A DNA stretch of 64,000 bases from assembly GCF_046105845.1 (NCBI RefSeq), contig NZ_CP151004.1. One strand, given 5' to 3'. The notes under the pieces are model-generated. The model was not told where the DNA came from, did no database searches, and saw only the letters and a program-made list of their open reading frames with translations. Of this stretch, positions 25,247 to 38,075 are shown piece by piece (within the stretch, counting starts at the first letter, position 1; each line of letters starts with the position of its first letter). Position numbers and translations under genes: made by a program. The DNA comes from Escherichia coli (GTDB taxonomy: Bacteria; Pseudomonadota; Gammaproteobacteria; Enterobacterales; Enterobacteriaceae).

Positions 25247-26062
25247 ATGAGCGTAAAAGTTATCGTCACAGACATGGACGGTACTTTTCTTAACGACGCC
25301 AAAACGTACAACCAACCACGTTTTATGGCGCAATATCAGGAACTGAAAAAGCGCGGCATTAAGTTCGTTGTCGCCAGCGGTAATCAGTATTACCAGCTTA
25401 TTTCGTTCTTTCCTGAGCTAAAGGATGAGATCTCTTTTGTCGCGGAAAACGGCGCACTGGTTTACGAACATGGCAAGCAACTGTTCCACGGCGAACTGAC
25501 CCGACATGAATCGCGGATTGTGATTGGCGAGTTGCTAAAAGATAAGCAACTCAATTTTGTCGCCTGCGGTCTGCAAAGTGCATATGTCAGCGAAAACGCC
25601 CCCGAAGCATTCGTCGCACTGATGGCAAAACACTACCATCGCCTGAAACCTGTAAAAGATTATCAGGAGATTGACGACGTACTGTTCAAGTTTTCGCTCA
25701 ACCTGCCGGATGAACAAATCCCGTTAGTGATCGACAAACTGCACGTAGCGCTCGACGGCATTATGAAACCCGTCACCAGTGGTTTTGGCTTTATCGACCT
25801 GATTATTCCTGGCCTGCATAAAGCGAATGGTATTTCGCGGTTACTGAAACGCTGGGATCTGTCACCGCAAAATGTGGTAGCGATTGGCGACAGCGGTAAC
25901 GATGCGGAGATGCTGAAAATGGCGCGTTATTCCTTTGCGATGGGCAATGCTGCGGAAAACATTAAACAAATCGCCCGTTACGCTACCGATGATAATAATC
26001 ATGAAGGCGCGCTGAACGTGATTCAGGCGGTGCTGGATAATATCGCTCCTTTCAATAGTTGA
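25247..26062 (+). CDS. ybiV: HAD-family sugar phosphatase YbiV (Cof-like), 271 aa
   Basis: ORF 25016..26062; start at [13 protein letters not shown] (HAD motif I DxDGT). Confidence 0.9.
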   Translation: MSVKVIVTDMDGTFLNDAKTYNQPRFMAQYQELKKRGIKFVVASGNQYYQLISFFPELKDEISFVAENGALVYEHGKQLFHGELTRHESRIVIGELLKDKQLNFVACGLQSAYVSENAPEAFVALMAKHYHRLKPVKDYQEIDDVLFKFSLNLPDEQIPLVIDKLHVALDGIMKPVTSGFGFIDLIIPGLHKANGISRLLKRWDLSPQNVVAIGDSGNDAEMLKMARYSFAMGNAAENIKQIARYATDDNNHEGALNVIQAVLDNIAPFNS

Positions 26063-26082
26063 TCTTCCCCCTGGCCGAAGTG

Positions 26083-26116
26083 ACCACTTCGGCCTCTCTC
26101 CTTTTTGCTCGCTTTG
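26083..26116 (+). terminator. Rho-independent terminator downstream of ybiV
   Basis: GGCCGAAGTG/CACTTCGGCC stem followed by a T-rich tract, 20 bp after the ybiV stop. Confidence 0.6.
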
Positions 26117-26213
26117 TGCACTGACTCAAGATTTTTATCTTGCGTTAACTTATTTTTAACTTAATGTATCAATCGTAATCATTTTACTTTCGAATGAAAG
26201 AAGCGAGGTTGAT

Positions 26214-27473
26214 ATGACTTTTTCCTGTGAGACGCTGCCCACAGATGCGAAAGCGGCTATCCGAGAGATGAAAGCTGCGCTGCGGGAACAGCTCGGTGAT
26301 GTGCAACAGGTTTTCGATACACTCTCTGCAAAAATCGAAACGCGTGTTGCTGAAATCGATGCCCTAAAAGCGCAAGGGCTGCCGGTTTGGCCGGAAGTTT
26401 CTTATAGTGATATTGCCGCAGGTACAGTAAGCGATGCCACTCGCAATGAAATTAAACGTCGCGGCTGTGCAGTCATAAAAGGCCATTTCCCTCGCGAGCT
26501 GGCGATGGCGTGGGATCGTGCCATGCTCGATTATCTTGATATCAATCATTTTGATGATGTTTATAAAGGCCCTGGCGACAGTTTTTTCGGCTCGCTGGAG
26601 GCTTCTCGTCCCGAAATCTATCCCATTTACTGGTCGCAAGCACAGATGCAGGCGCGGCAGAGCGAAAACATGGCTGCTGTGCAATCTTTTCTAAACCGAC
26701 TGTGGACGTCTGAAAGCAACGGCAAACAGTGGTTTAATCCTGATATCAGTGTGATTTATCCAGACAGGATCCGCCGCCGCCCTCCAGGTACTACATCTAA
26801 AGGCCTGGGCGCGCATACCGATTCTGGTGCGCTGGAACGGTGGTTATTACCCGCTTATCAGCGCGTTTTTGCCAATGTGTTTAATGGTAATTTCGATGAT
26901 TACGATCCCTGGGATGCTGCACACCGGACCGATGTCGAAGAGTACACGGTAGATAACACTACAAAATGTTCGGTGTTCCGCACGTTTCAAGGCTGGACGG
27001 CGCTCTCTGATATGTTATCGGGTCAGGGATTGTTACATGTGGTGCCTATCCCGGAAGCGATGGCGTATGTTTTATTGCGCCCGCTGCTGGATGACGTACC
27101 GGACGATGAACTGTGCGGGGTTGCACCTGGCAAAGTTCTGCCCATTTCAGAGAAATGGCATCCACTACTGCTTAAAGCGCTGACTTCCATTCCCGCGATA
27201 ACAGCAGGGGATTCCGTCTGGTGGCACTGCGATGTGATTCACTCCGTCGCGCCAGTAGACAATCAACAGGGTTGGGGCAACGTGATGTACATCCCTGCTG
27301 CGCCAATGTGCGAGAAAAATCGGGCTTATGCACACAAAGTCAAAATGGCGCTGGAAAAAGGCGCATCACCTGGCGACTTCCCGCGGGAAGATTATGAAGC
27401 AAACTGGGAAGGCCGCTTTAAGCTGGAGGATCTGAACATTCACGGTAAGCGAGCGTTGGGCATGGATGTTTGA
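26214..27473 (+). CDS. ybiU: Uncharacterized protein YbiU (DUF1479 family), 419 aa
   Basis: Full ORF; recognised as YbiU by sequence and position. Confidence 0.85.
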   Translation: MTFSCETLPTDAKAAIREMKAALREQLGDVQQVFDTLSAKIETRVAEIDALKAQGLPVWPEVSYSDIAAGTVSDATRNEIKRRGCAVIKGHFPRELAMAWDRAMLDYLDINHFDDVYKGPGDSFFGSLEASRPEIYPIYWSQAQMQARQSENMAAVQSFLNRLWTSESNGKQWFNPDISVIYPDRIRRRPPGTTSKGLGAHTDSGALERWLLPAYQRVFANVFNGNFDDYDPWDAAHRTDVEEYTVDNTTKCSVFRTFQGWTALSDMLSGQGLLHVVPIPEAMAYVLLRPLLDDVPDDELCGVAPGKVLPISEKWHPLLLKALTSIPAITAGDSVWWHCDVIHSVAPVDNQQGWGNVMYIPAAPMCEKNRAYAHKVKMALEKGASPGDFPREDYEANWEGRFKLEDLNIHGKRALGMDV

Positions 27474-27555
27474 GAGTTAATGGAAGTGAATTGATGTGGG
27501 ATTAAGAAAATCGATTCGACGTTACTCAGATTGCTGACAAGTGCGCTTTCTTAAT

Positions 27556-27580
27556 GCCTGATAAGCGTAGCGCATCAGGC
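27556..27580. repeat. REP (repetitive extragenic palindrome) unit between ybiU and ybiT
   Basis: GCCTGATAAGCGTAGCGCATCAGGC, the canonical E. coli REP palindrome. Confidence 0.7.
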
Positions 27581-27603
27581 TATTTTGCATTTGTCATCAG
27601 CCG

Positions 27604-27632
27604 CCGTCACCCCGACAGTATCGGGGTGACGG
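27604..27632 (-). terminator. Stem-loop directly downstream of the ybiT stop (12-bp perfect stem)
   Basis: CCGTCACCCCGA / TCGGGGTGACGG inverted repeat read from sequence. Confidence 0.55.
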
Positions 27633-27640
27633 ATAATAAC

Positions 27641-29233
27641 TTACTCGATCCCTTTACTACGCAGGTAATCTTCGTAATTACCGCTAAAGTCAATAACGCG
27701 TTCCGGGGTGATTTCCAGAATGCGGGTCGCCAGGGAGCTTACGAACTCACGGTCGTGTGAAACAAAGATCAGCGTGCCCTGATACAGTTCCAGCGCCATG
27801 TTCAGCGACTCAATAGATTCCATATCCAGGTGGTTGGTCGGTTCGTCCATGATCAGAATGTTCGGCTTCTGCATCATTAACTTACCAAACAGCATCCGCC
27901 CTTTCTCCCCACCGGAAAGCACTTTCGCTGGCTTTTTGATGTCGTCCTGGCTGAACAGCAAACGACCGAGAATGCTGCGTACCGCCTGCTCGTCATCGCC
28001 TTCCTGCTTCCACTGGCTCATCCATTCGAACACGGTCAGATCATTTTCAAACTCATATTCGTGGTCCTGAGCATAGTAACCAATGCGCGCGTTTTCAGAC
28101 CATTTTACGGTGCCGCTGTCCGGTTGCAGATCGCCCACCAGCGTTTTCAGCAGCGTTGATTTACCGACGCCGTTGGTACCCAGTACCGCAAGTTTTTCAC
28201 CGACCTCCAGCAGCAGGTTGAGATTTTTAAACAGTGGACCGTTATCAAACCCTTTGGTCAGACCTTCCACTTCCAGCGCGTTACGGAACAGTTTCTTATC
28301 CTGTTCAAAACGGATGAACGGGTTCTGACGGCTGGAGGCTTTCACCTCTTCCAGTTTGATTTTATCAATCTGGCGCGCGCGCGAAGTTGCCTGGCGAGAT
28401 TTCGAGGCGTTGGCGCTAAAGCGGCTAACGAAAGATTGCAGCTCAGCAATCTGCGCTTTCTTCTTGGCGTTATCAGCCAGCAGACGTTCACGCGCCTGGG
28501 TCGCCGCCGTCATGTACTCATCGTAGTTGCCCGGATAAACGCGCAGCTCGCCGTAATCCAGATCCGCCATATGGGTACAAACCATGTTAAGGAAGTGACG
28601 GTCGTGCGAGATGATGATCATGGTGCTGTCACGCTCGTTCAGCACCTGTTCCAGCCAACGAATGGTGTCGATGTCGAGGTTGTTGGTCGGTTCGTCGAGC
28701 AGGAGAATGTCTGGATCAGCAAAAAGCGCCTGTGCCAGCAGCACACGCAGCTTCCAGCCAGGAGCAACTTCACTCATCGGGCCGTAGTGCTGTTCCACTG
28801 GAATTCCCACGCCAAGCAACAATTCACCGGCGCGAGCTTCCGCAGAGTAACCGTCCATTTCGCCGTATTTCACTTCCAGATCGGCCACTTTATAGCCGTC
28901 TTCTTCACTCATTTCCGGCAAAGCATAGATGCGGTCACGCTCCTGCTTCACTTCCCACAACTCTTTATGCCCCATGATCACCGTATCCAGCACAGTGAAC
29001 TCTTCAAAGGCAAACTGATCCTGACGCAGCTTACCAATGCGCTCGTTGGGATCGAGGGAAACGTTACCCAGCGTCGGCTCAAGGTCGCCGCCGAGGATCT
29101 TCATAAAGGTGGATTTACCACTACCGTTCGCGCCAATCAGGCCGTAACGGTTGCCGCCGCCAAATTTGACGGAAATGTTTTCAAACAACGGCTTACTGCC
29201 GAACTGCATGGTGACGTTACTGGAAACTAACAC
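27641..29233 (-). CDS. ybiT: ABC-F family ATPase YbiT (two ABC domains, no permease), 530 aa
   Basis: Full ORF; two Walker A motifs ([18 protein letters not shown]) and ABC signatures. Confidence 0.92.
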
Positions 29234-29451
29234 AGGCGTATCCTGAAAAGAGATATGACAAACCGCGCATTATGCCATAAGTCTGAAAGAAGATCCTGCT
29301 CCTCGCTTAAGGTCTACACTCAAGCCAAAGGCAAAAAATGTGATTTCGTACACATCTGATTTCACTGTGAGCAGGAATGAACTTATAATGCGCTTCCAAT
29401 ACTCTAATATTCTCAACCCAATGGCCTGCCAGGCACAAAATCTCGCTTAAC

Positions 29452-30372
29452 ATGAATATGAAATTGAAAACATTATTCGCAGCGGCCTTCGCTGTTGTCG
29501 GCTTTTGCAGTACCGCCTCTGCGGTAACTTATCCTCTGCCAACCGACGGGAGTCGCCTGGTTGGTCAGAATCAGGTGATCACCATTCCTGAAGGTAACAC
29601 TCAGCCGCTGGAGTATTTTGCCGCCGAGTACCAGATGGGGCTTTCCAATATGATGGAAGCGAACCCGGGTGTGGATACCTTCCTGCCGAAAGGCGGTACT
29701 GTACTGAACATTCCGCAGCAGCTGATCCTGCCGGATACCGTTCATGAAGGCATCGTCATTAACAGTGCAGAGATGCGTCTGTATTACTATCCGAAAGGGA
29801 CCAACACCGTTATCGTGCTGCCGATCGGCATTGGTCAGTTAGGCAAAGATACGCCTATCAACTGGACCACCAAAGTTGAGCGTAAGAAAGCAGGCCCGAC
29901 CTGGACGCCAACCGCTAAAATGCACGCAGAGTACCGCGCTGCGGGCGAACCGCTTCCGGCTGTCGTTCCGGCAGGTCCGGATAACCCGATGGGTCTGTAT
30001 GCACTCTACATCGGTCGCCTGTACGCAATCCATGGCACCAACGCCAACTTCGGTATCGGCCTGCGTGTAAGTCATGGTTGTGTGCGTCTGCGTAACGAAG
30101 ACATCAAATTCCTGTTCGAGAAAGTACCAGTCGGTACCCGCGTACAGTTTATTGATGAGCCGGTAAAAGCGACCACCGAGCCAGACGGCAGCCGTTATAT
30201 TGAAGTCCATAATCCGCTGTCTACCACCGAAGCCCAGTTTGAAGGTCAGGAAATTGTGCCAATTACCCTGACGAAGAGCGTGCAGACAGTGACCGGTCAG
30301 CCAGATGTTGACCAGGTTGTTCTTGATGAAGCGATCAAAAATCGTTCCGGGATGCCGGTTCGTCTGAATTAA
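29452..30372 (+). CDS. ldtB: L,D-transpeptidase LdtB (YbiS), 306 aa
   Basis: Full ORF with signal peptide; YkuD catalytic motif (HGTN ... SHGCVRL). Confidence 0.92.
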
Positions 30373-30429
30373 TCGTCAAAACGTAAAACAAAGGCGGACT
30401 CATAATCCGCCTTTTTAATTTGCCAGACC

Positions 30430-31548
30430 TTATCCCGCCGGGATCATAACCAACAAAACATATCCCACCAGCGCCGCCCACAACAGCATCGGTATTGAAT
30501 AGAGATGGAAACGCCACCAGATACGGCGATCGTTCGCCATCCGTAACGCAATCAAATTTGCCAGCGATCCGGGTAATAAACCAAAGCCCCCCACGTTTAC
30601 CGCCCATGCCAGTAATAAAGACGGCGGCACATAATTGAGCAGCAAAATGGTACTCGGCACGTTACTGATCACCTGCGATAAACCGATTGCCGTTAACCAT
30701 AACCCGGGTTCAGATAAATGACTCACGTTACCCAACACACCTTGCAACGCTGGAAGCTGGGTCAGTAAATGGACGTCGATAAACATCGCCATAAACACCA
30801 GCAGCAGCGTCCAGTCCACACTCAACACCACGCGACGTGCCAGCAGCGCAAAGCCCGCCGCCACAATCACCAGTCCCCACAGCTCTTGTTTTAACTCCAG
30901 CGCCGTCAGAAAGACGATATACAGCCCCAGACAACTCCACACCAGCCGCGGTTTCCACTCCGGAGTTTGCACCCCCGTATGGTATTGGAGTGCCTTTCCA
31001 GGGAAACAACACCAGCACAGGAGCAGGAGCGTCAGCATCATTGCGCCAGCCAGCGGTGCCATTTGGGCAATAAATCCGGCAAACGAAAGACCAGAACGTC
31101 CCCAGATAAGAATATTTTGCGGGTTGCCAATTGGCGTCAGTAGCGAACCAGCGTTGACTGCCAGCGCCTCAAAAATAATCAGCCGATTAACCGGGATCTC
31201 ACACAGTCTTTTTAGCGTGATAGTCAGCGGAACAACTATAAACAGCGCGACATCGTTGGTCAGAAAGGTAGAAAGCAGCGCCGCCGCCAGCACCATAAAC
31301 ATCGCCAGCCGACGCTCCGTAGCAAAGCGGCGCACCATTTTGCGCCCCAGCACATCAAAATAACCGCTTAGCTCCACACCTTTAGTCAGCAGCATCAGGC
31401 CGCTTAAGGTGATGATGGTGTGCCAGTCGATAGCAGCAGGCCAGGATTTCGGTGCAAAGGGAACAAAAAAACTTAATCCGATGCCAACAAGAATTAATAA
31501 CTGAAAAAAACGATCGCCTTGCAGCGTGCGTAAAAAAGGCAGGCTCAT
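30430..31548 (-). CDS. ybiR: Inner-membrane anion permease family protein YbiR, 372 aa
   Basis: Full polytopic ORF; 4-bp overlap with mntR upstream, operon arrangement. Confidence 0.88.
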   Translation of the reverse strand: MSLPFLRTLQGDRFFQLLILVGIGLSFFVPFAPKSWPAAIDWHTIITLSGLMLLTKGVELSGYFDVLGRKMVRRFATERRLAMFMVLAAALLSTFLTNDVALFIVVPLTITLKRLCEIPVNRLIIFEALAVNAGSLLTPIGNPQNILIWGRSGLSFAGFIAQMAPLAGAMMLTLLLLCWCCFPGKALQYHTGVQTPEWKPRLVWSCLGLYIVFLTALELKQELWGLVIVAAGFALLARRVVLSVDWTLLLVFMAMFIDVHLLTQLPALQGVLGNVSHLSEPGLWLTAIGLSQVISNVPSTILLLNYVPPSLLLAWAVNVGGFGLLPGSLANLIALRMANDRRIWWRFHLYSIPMLLWAALVGYVLLVMIPAG

Positions 31549-32012
31549 TTGGCACCGTGTTTCTGGGTAAACAAACGAAAGGCATGCAGCGTCTCTTCAC
31601 TAACATGGTGCTCCATGCCTTCCGCGTCGCGACGGGCGATTTCCGGACTGACGCCCAACACCAACAAGAAATTTTCGACTATCTGATGTCGCTCGCGGCT
31701 TTCCTGCGCCAGCTTCTCTCCTTCTGCCGTTAAAAACACGCCACGCCAGGGGATCATTTCAATCAGCCCCATGGTTGCCAGTCGCTTAAGCATTTTCGCC
31801 ACCGTCGGTTGCGAAACCCCCAGACGAGCAGCCATGTCCACCTGACGAGCTTCCCCCACTTCCCTGATCAAGTCAGAAATTAGCTCAACGTAATCATCAA
31901 TAAGCTCGCGCCGATGCGCCTCTCTGACCTGGCGGAACCCTTCAACGTGCTCTTCCACGTTCACTAACTGCGTCACTTTTTTTGCTGTTGGCGTACCTGC
32001 GCGACGACTCAT
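31545..32012 (-). CDS. mntR: Manganese-responsive transcriptional regulator MntR (DtxR family), 155 aa
   Basis: Full ORF recognised as MntR. Confidence 0.92.
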   Translation of the reverse strand: MSRRAGTPTAKKVTQLVNVEEHVEGFRQVREAHRRELIDDYVELISDLIREVGEARQVDMAARLGVSQPTVAKMLKRLATMGLIEMIPWRGVFLTAEGEKLAQESRERHQIVENFLLVLGVSPEIARRDAEGMEHHVSEETLHAFRLFTQKHGAK

Positions 32013-32103
32013 TGTGCTTCCTCATTATGGTGACGCATACCTAGCGTTCTCATTTCGTGCGCACATTGTAAACCAGAGTTGCGAAGGTACAAAAAATTAA
32101 CGT

Positions 32104-32140
32104 TTTAGCAATAGCTATATAATATAGCCTGTGCTATATC
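32104..32140 (+). promoter_or_regulatory. Putative MntR operator palindromes upstream of mntS
   Basis: ATAGC-N4-GCTAT palindrome (ATATAGCCTGTGCTATAT) and adjacent AGCAATAGCTAT; resembles known MntR boxes; inferred. Confidence 0.45.
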
Positions 32141-32197
32141 TGTATGTAATGCAATCATCCCTCAAGGATCGACGGGATTAGCAAGTCAGGAGGTCTT

Positions 32198-32326
32198 ATG
32201 AATGAGTTCAAGAGGTGTATGCGCGTGTTTAGTCATTCTCCCTTTAAAGTACGGTTAATGCTGCTCTCTATGTTGTGCGATATGGTCAACAACAAACCGC
32301 AGCAAGATAAACCTTCCGATAAATAG
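32198..32326 (+). CDS. mntS: Small protein MntS (42 aa) involved in manganese homeostasis
   Basis: Short ORF MNEFKRCMRVFSHSPFKVRLMLLSMLCDMVNNKPQQDKPSDK read from sequence; below the ORF-track length cutoff. Confidence 0.85.
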   Translation: MNEFKRCMRVFSHSPFKVRLMLLSMLCDMVNNKPQQDKPSDK

Positions 32327-32597
32327 CGGCGTCGCGGTACGCCGCTTCACTCCTGCTTTTATGCAGGCACAACGCGTTTTGGTCTGAAAAACCCCACTTT
32401 TTGTCGGATTTGCAATCCCCTTCGCAAAAGATTTGTTCGTCAGTAGTTGACCTGAACGGCGGCTCGCTCTATCTTCTTGCAGCCCTGCGTATATTGCGGC
32501 TCGCGGATGCGGACCCCTTTCCCCTCTTCACGCACTCTTGCAGGTATTGACCCTTGACGCCAGGGTAAGCACATGGCGTTTGTTACGATAGTGGCAT

Positions 32598-34181
32598 ATG
32601 AATTTAACCCTCAAAGAATCGCTTGTTACCCGTAGCCGGGTATTTAGCCCGTGGACTGCGTTCTACTTTTTACAGTCGCTATTAATTAACCTCGGCTTAG
32701 GTTACCCCTTCAGTTTGCTCTACACCGCCGCATTTACGGCTATTTTGCTTTTGCTATGGCGAACATTGCCTGGCGTACAAAAAGTTCTGGTCGGTGTCAG
32801 TTCGCTGGTGGCGGCTTGTTATTTCCCTTTTGCTCAGGCCTACGGCGCGCCTAACTTCAATACATTGCTGGCATTGCACTCCACCAATATGGAAGAGTCG
32901 ACCGAAATCCTGACGATTTTTCCGTGGTACAGCTACCTGGTCGGCTTATTTATTTTTGCGCTCGGCGTAATAGCAATCAGGCGGAAAAAAGAGAGTGAAA
33001 AAGCGCGCTGGAATACCTTCGACAGCCTGTGTCTGGTATTCAGTGTGGCGACATTTTTTGTTGCTCCCATGCAAAACCTGGCCTGGGGCGGCGTATTTAA
33101 ACTGAAAGATACTGGCTATCCGGTATTTCGTTTTGCTAAGGATGTCATCGTCAATAATAACGAGGTGATTGAAGAGCAAGAACGGATGGCAAAACTTTCC
33201 GGAATGAAAGATACCTGGACGGTCACTGCCGTTAAGCCGAAATATCAGACCTATGTGGTGGTGATCGGTGAAAGCGCGCGTCGCGATGCCCTCGGTGCCT
33301 TTGGCGGTCACTGGAACAATACCCCGTTTGCCAGCAGTGTTAACGGTTTGATATTTGCTGACTACATTGCCGCCAGTGGCTCCACGCAGAAATCGCTTGG
33401 CTTAACGCTCAATCGCGTTGTCGATGGCAAACCACAGTTTCAGGATAACTTTGTCACCCTGGCAAATCGCGCGGGCTTCCAGACCTGGTGGTTTTCCAAC
33501 CAGGGCCAAATCGGCGAATACGATACCGCCATCGCCAGCATCGCCAAACGTGCAGATGAAGTGTATTTCCTGAAAGAAGGTAATTTTGAAGCAGATAAAA
33601 ACACGAAAGACGAAGCGTTACTGGATATGACCGCTCAAGTGCTGGCGCAAGAGCACTCGCAACCGCAGCTGATTGTTCTACATCTGATGGGCTCACATCC
33701 GCAGGCCTGCGACCGGACACAAGGCAAATACGAAACCTTTGTGCAATCGAAAGAAACGTCGTGCTATCTCTATACCATGACGCAAACGGACGATTTACTG
33801 CGCAAGCTGTACGATCAGTTACGCAACAGCGGCAGCAGCTTCTCGCTGGTTTACTTTTCTGACCACGGTCTGGCCTTTAAAGAGCGCGGCAAAGACGTGC
33901 AATACCTTGCCCATGATGATAAATATCAGCAGAATTTCCAGGTGCCTTTTATGGTCATTTCGAGCGACGATAAAGCGCATCGGGTGATTAAAGCCCGCCG
34001 CTCTGCCAATGACTTCTTAGGCTTTTTCTCCCAGTGGACGGGAATTAAAGCGAAGGAAATTAACATCAAATACCCGTTTATATCTGAGAAGAAAGCCGGG
34101 CCGATATACATCACCAACTTCCAGTTACAGAAGGTGGATTACAACCATCTCGGAACCGATATTTTCGACCCGAAACCTTAA
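32598..34181 (+). CDS. opgE: Phosphoethanolamine transferase OpgE (YbiP), 527 aa
   Basis: Full ORF; N-terminal TM helices plus sulfatase-like domain. Confidence 0.9.
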   Translation: MNLTLKESLVTRSRVFSPWTAFYFLQSLLINLGLGYPFSLLYTAAFTAILLLLWRTLPGVQKVLVGVSSLVAACYFPFAQAYGAPNFNTLLALHSTNMEESTEILTIFPWYSYLVGLFIFALGVIAIRRKKESEKARWNTFDSLCLVFSVATFFVAPMQNLAWGGVFKLKDTGYPVFRFAKDVIVNNNEVIEEQERMAKLSGMKDTWTVTAVKPKYQTYVVVIGESARRDALGAFGGHWNNTPFASSVNGLIFADYIAASGSTQKSLGLTLNRVVDGKPQFQDNFVTLANRAGFQTWWFSNQGQIGEYDTAIASIAKRADEVYFLKEGNFEADKNTKDEALLDMTAQVLAQEHSQPQLIVLHLMGSHPQACDRTQGKYETFVQSKETSCYLYTMTQTDDLLRKLYDQLRNSGSSFSLVYFSDHGLAFKERGKDVQYLAHDDKYQQNFQVPFMVISSDDKAHRVIKARRSANDFLGFFSQWTGIKAKEINIKYPFISEKKAGPIYITNFQLQKVDYNHLGTDIFDPKP

Positions 34182-34189
34182 AAACAAAA

Positions 34190-34214
34190 ATCCGCCCCGA
34201 GAGGCGGATTTTTT
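34190..34214. terminator. Bidirectional rho-independent terminator between opgE and ompX
   Basis: ATCCGCC/GGCGGAT stem flanked by an A-run upstream and a T-run downstream. Confidence 0.7.
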
Positions 34215-34229
34215 ATATCACCGAAGTGA

Positions 34230-34745
34230 TTAGAAGCGGTAACCAACACCGGCAATCCAGGTGCCTACGTCAACGCTACGAATACGGCTCTGCTCGTAAG
34301 AGAAGTCCAGAGCAACGTTTTCCATCGGGTTGAACTGCAGACCAGCACCGTAGGAGAAACCGTAGTCGCTGGTGTCGTGTTTGTAGGTCGGGTATTCAGT
34401 GGTCTGGAATTTACCATAACCCACACCCACTACACCGTAGATGCTTGCCCAGTCGTTAATGCGGTAAGCCGGACCAGCAGTGATGCCGTAGTACTGGTTT
34501 TTGTTGTAGTCACCAGAGCTTGCAGTACGGCTTTTCTCGGTGTAAGTGAAAGAACCGATCACACCCAGCGGGCTGTTGTCTTCTTCATAGCGGTATTTCA
34601 GGTTGAAACCGCCCATTTTGTTCATTTGGCCCTGAGCGTCGCTCTGTGCGTAACCGCCAGTTACGGTAGAAGTCGCAGCTACGGAAGTACCTGCGGTGAA
34701 AGCCAGAACTGCGGCCAGTGCTGAAAGACATGCAATTTTTTTCAT
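34230..34745 (-). CDS. ompX: Outer membrane protein OmpX, 171 aa
   Basis: ORF 34230..34751; start at MKKIACLSALAAVLAF (signal peptide); C-terminal aromatic residue typical of beta-barrels. Confidence 0.95.
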   Translation of the reverse strand: MKKIACLSALAAVLAFTAGTSVAATSTVTGGYAQSDAQGQMNKMGGFNLKYRYEEDNSPLGVIGSFTYTEKSRTASSGDYNKNQYYGITAGPAYRINDWASIYGVVGVGYGKFQTTEYPTYKHDTSDYGFSYGAGLQFNPMENVALDFSYEQSRIRSVDVGTWIAGVGYRF

Positions 34746-35097
34746 AACCACCTCAAATGTGATTCAAATAAGTCCTAAGTTTTAAATATATCAAAAATTA
34801 ATGGGAAACTCTTCGCGATTTGTGATGTCTAACGGGCCATTTCATGTAACAGAACGTTTCCATACACCGCTATCCATCTAAATTTAAATCACTTTTTCAG
34901 AGAACTGCGTAAGTATTACGCATGTTTTCCCTGTCATTCATCCAGATTATTCCTAATCACCAGACTAATGATTCCATCAATCCTGGCGCATTTTAGTCAA
35001 AACGGGGGAAAATTTTTTCAACAAATGCTCAACCAGCATTGGGTATATCCAGTACACTCCACGCTTTACTTAGGTTTAGATATTTGTGGGAGAAAGG

Positions 35098-35985
35098 ATG
35101 CCTGGTTCATTACGTAAAATGCCGGTCTGGTTACCAATAGTCATATTGCTCGTTGCCATGGCGTCTATTCAGGGTGGAGCCTCGTTAGCTAAGTCACTTT
35201 TTCCTCTGGTGGGCGCACCGGGTGTCACTGCGCTGCGTCTGGCATTAGGAACGCTAATCCTCATCGCGTTCTTTAAGCCATGGCGACTGCGCTTTGCCAA
35301 AGAGCAACGATTACCGCTGTTGTTTTACGGCGTTTCGCTGGGTGGGATGAATTATCTTTTTTATCTTTCTATTCAGACAGTACCGCTGGGTATTGCGGTG
35401 GCGCTGGAGTTCACCGGACCACTGGCGGTGGCGCTGTTCTCTTCTCGTCGCCCGGTAGATTTCGTCTGGGTTGTTCTGGCGGTTCTTGGTCTGTGGTTCC
35501 TGCTACCGCTGGGGCAAGACGTTTCCCATGTCGATTTAACCGGCTGTGCGCTGGCTCTGGGGGCCGGGGCTTGTTGGGCTATTTACATTTTAAGTGGGCA
35601 ACGCGCAGGAGCGGAACATGGCCCTGCGACGGTGGCAATTGGTTCGTTGATTGCAGCGTTAATTTTCGTGCCAATTGGAGCGCTTCAGGCTGGTGAAGCA
35701 CTCTGGCACTGGTCGGTTATTCCATTGGGTCTGGCGGTCGCTATTCTCTCGACCGCTCTGCCTTATTCGCTGGAAATGATTGCCCTCACCCGTTTGCCAA
35801 CACGGACATTTGGTACGCTGATGAGCATGGAACCGGCGCTGGCTGCCGTTTCCGGGATGATTTTCCTCGGAGAAACACTGACACCCATACAGCTGCTGGC
35901 GCTCGGCGCTATCATCGCCGCTTCAATGGGTTCTACGCTGACAGTACGCAAAGAGAGCAAAATAAAAGAATTAGACATTAATTAA
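35098..35985 (+). CDS. rhtA: Threonine/homoserine exporter RhtA (DMT family), 295 aa
   Basis: ORF 35086..35985; start at MPGSLRKMPVWLP matching RhtA. Confidence 0.9.
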   Translation: MPGSLRKMPVWLPIVILLVAMASIQGGASLAKSLFPLVGAPGVTALRLALGTLILIAFFKPWRLRFAKEQRLPLLFYGVSLGGMNYLFYLSIQTVPLGIAVALEFTGPLAVALFSSRRPVDFVWVVLAVLGLWFLLPLGQDVSHVDLTGCALALGAGACWAIYILSGQRAGAEHGPATVAIGSLIAALIFVPIGALQAGEALWHWSVIPLGLAVAILSTALPYSLEMIALTRLPTRTFGTLMSMEPALAAVSGMIFLGETLTPIQLLALGAIIAASMGSTLTVRKESKIKELDIN

Positions 35986-36139
35986 ATTTACATTTCTGCA
36001 TGGTTATGCATAACCATGCAGAATTTCTCGCTACTTTTCCTCTACAGCATCTTTATATATCGAATTATGCAAAAGCATATTTATTCCGAAAATTCCTGGC
36101 GAGCCAATAAATAAGAATTGTTCTTATCAATATACCTAA

Positions 36140-36787
<648 letters not shown>

Positions 36788-36999
36788 ATCCATCGCTGAT
36801 GGTGCAGAACTTTAGTACCCGATAAAAGCGGCTTCCTGACAGGAGGCCGTTTTGTTTTGCAGCCCACCTCAACGCACTTATTTAGTGCATCCATCTGCTA
36901 TCTCCAGCTGATTAAGTAAATTTTTTGTATCCACATCATCACACAATCGTTACATAAAGATTGTTTTTTCATCAGGTTTTACGCTAAATAATCACTGTG

Positions 37000-37050
37000 T
37001 TGAGTGCACAATTTTAGCGCACCAGTTTGGTGCCCCAGAATGGTGCATCT
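37000..37050 (+). promoter_or_regulatory. Putative NtrC binding sites upstream of glnH
   Basis: GCACC-N5-GGTGC palindrome (GCACCAGTTTGGTGC) and adjacent GGTGCA half-site, resembling the NtrC consensus; inferred from known glnHPQ regulation. Confidence 0.5.
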
Positions 37051-37120
37051 TCAGGGTATTGCCCTATAAATCGTGCATCACGTTTTTACCGCATCTCGAT
37101 AAATCAATGAGTTGCAAAAC

Positions 37121-37136
37121 TGGCACGATTTTTTCA
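37121..37136 (+). promoter_or_regulatory. Putative sigma54 promoter (glnHp2): TGGCAC-N5-TTTCA
   Basis: TGGCACGATTTTTTCA about 55 bp upstream of the glnH start; -24 GG present, -12 element is a near match. Confidence 0.5.
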
Positions 37137-37175
37137 TATATGTGAATGTCACGCAGGGGATCGTCCCGTGGATAG

Positions 37176-37937
<762 letters not shown>

Positions 37938-37944
37938 TAACGCT

Positions 37945-38025
37945 ACGCCTGTAAGGCGCACTGGCAGTTCCCTCTCCCCTCTGGGGAGAGGATTAGGGTG
38001 AGGGGCGCAAACCCGCTCCGGGGCC
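37945..38025. repeat. GC-rich palindromic intergenic element (boxC/REP-like) between glnH and glnP
   Basis: CCTCTCCCC-TCT-GGGGAGAGG perfect 9-bp inverted repeat followed by GGGTGAGGGG; family assignment is from memory and uncertain. Confidence 0.45.
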
Positions 38026-38075
38026 ATTAATTACCCTGAATTTGATTATTTACACCACGGTAACAGGAACAACAT

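Noticed and set aside
28436-29230. 264-aa plus-strand ORF opposite ybiT
   Set aside because: Antisense to the ABC-F ATPase gene ybiT, which carries clear Walker and signature motifs; the plus-strand translation has none.
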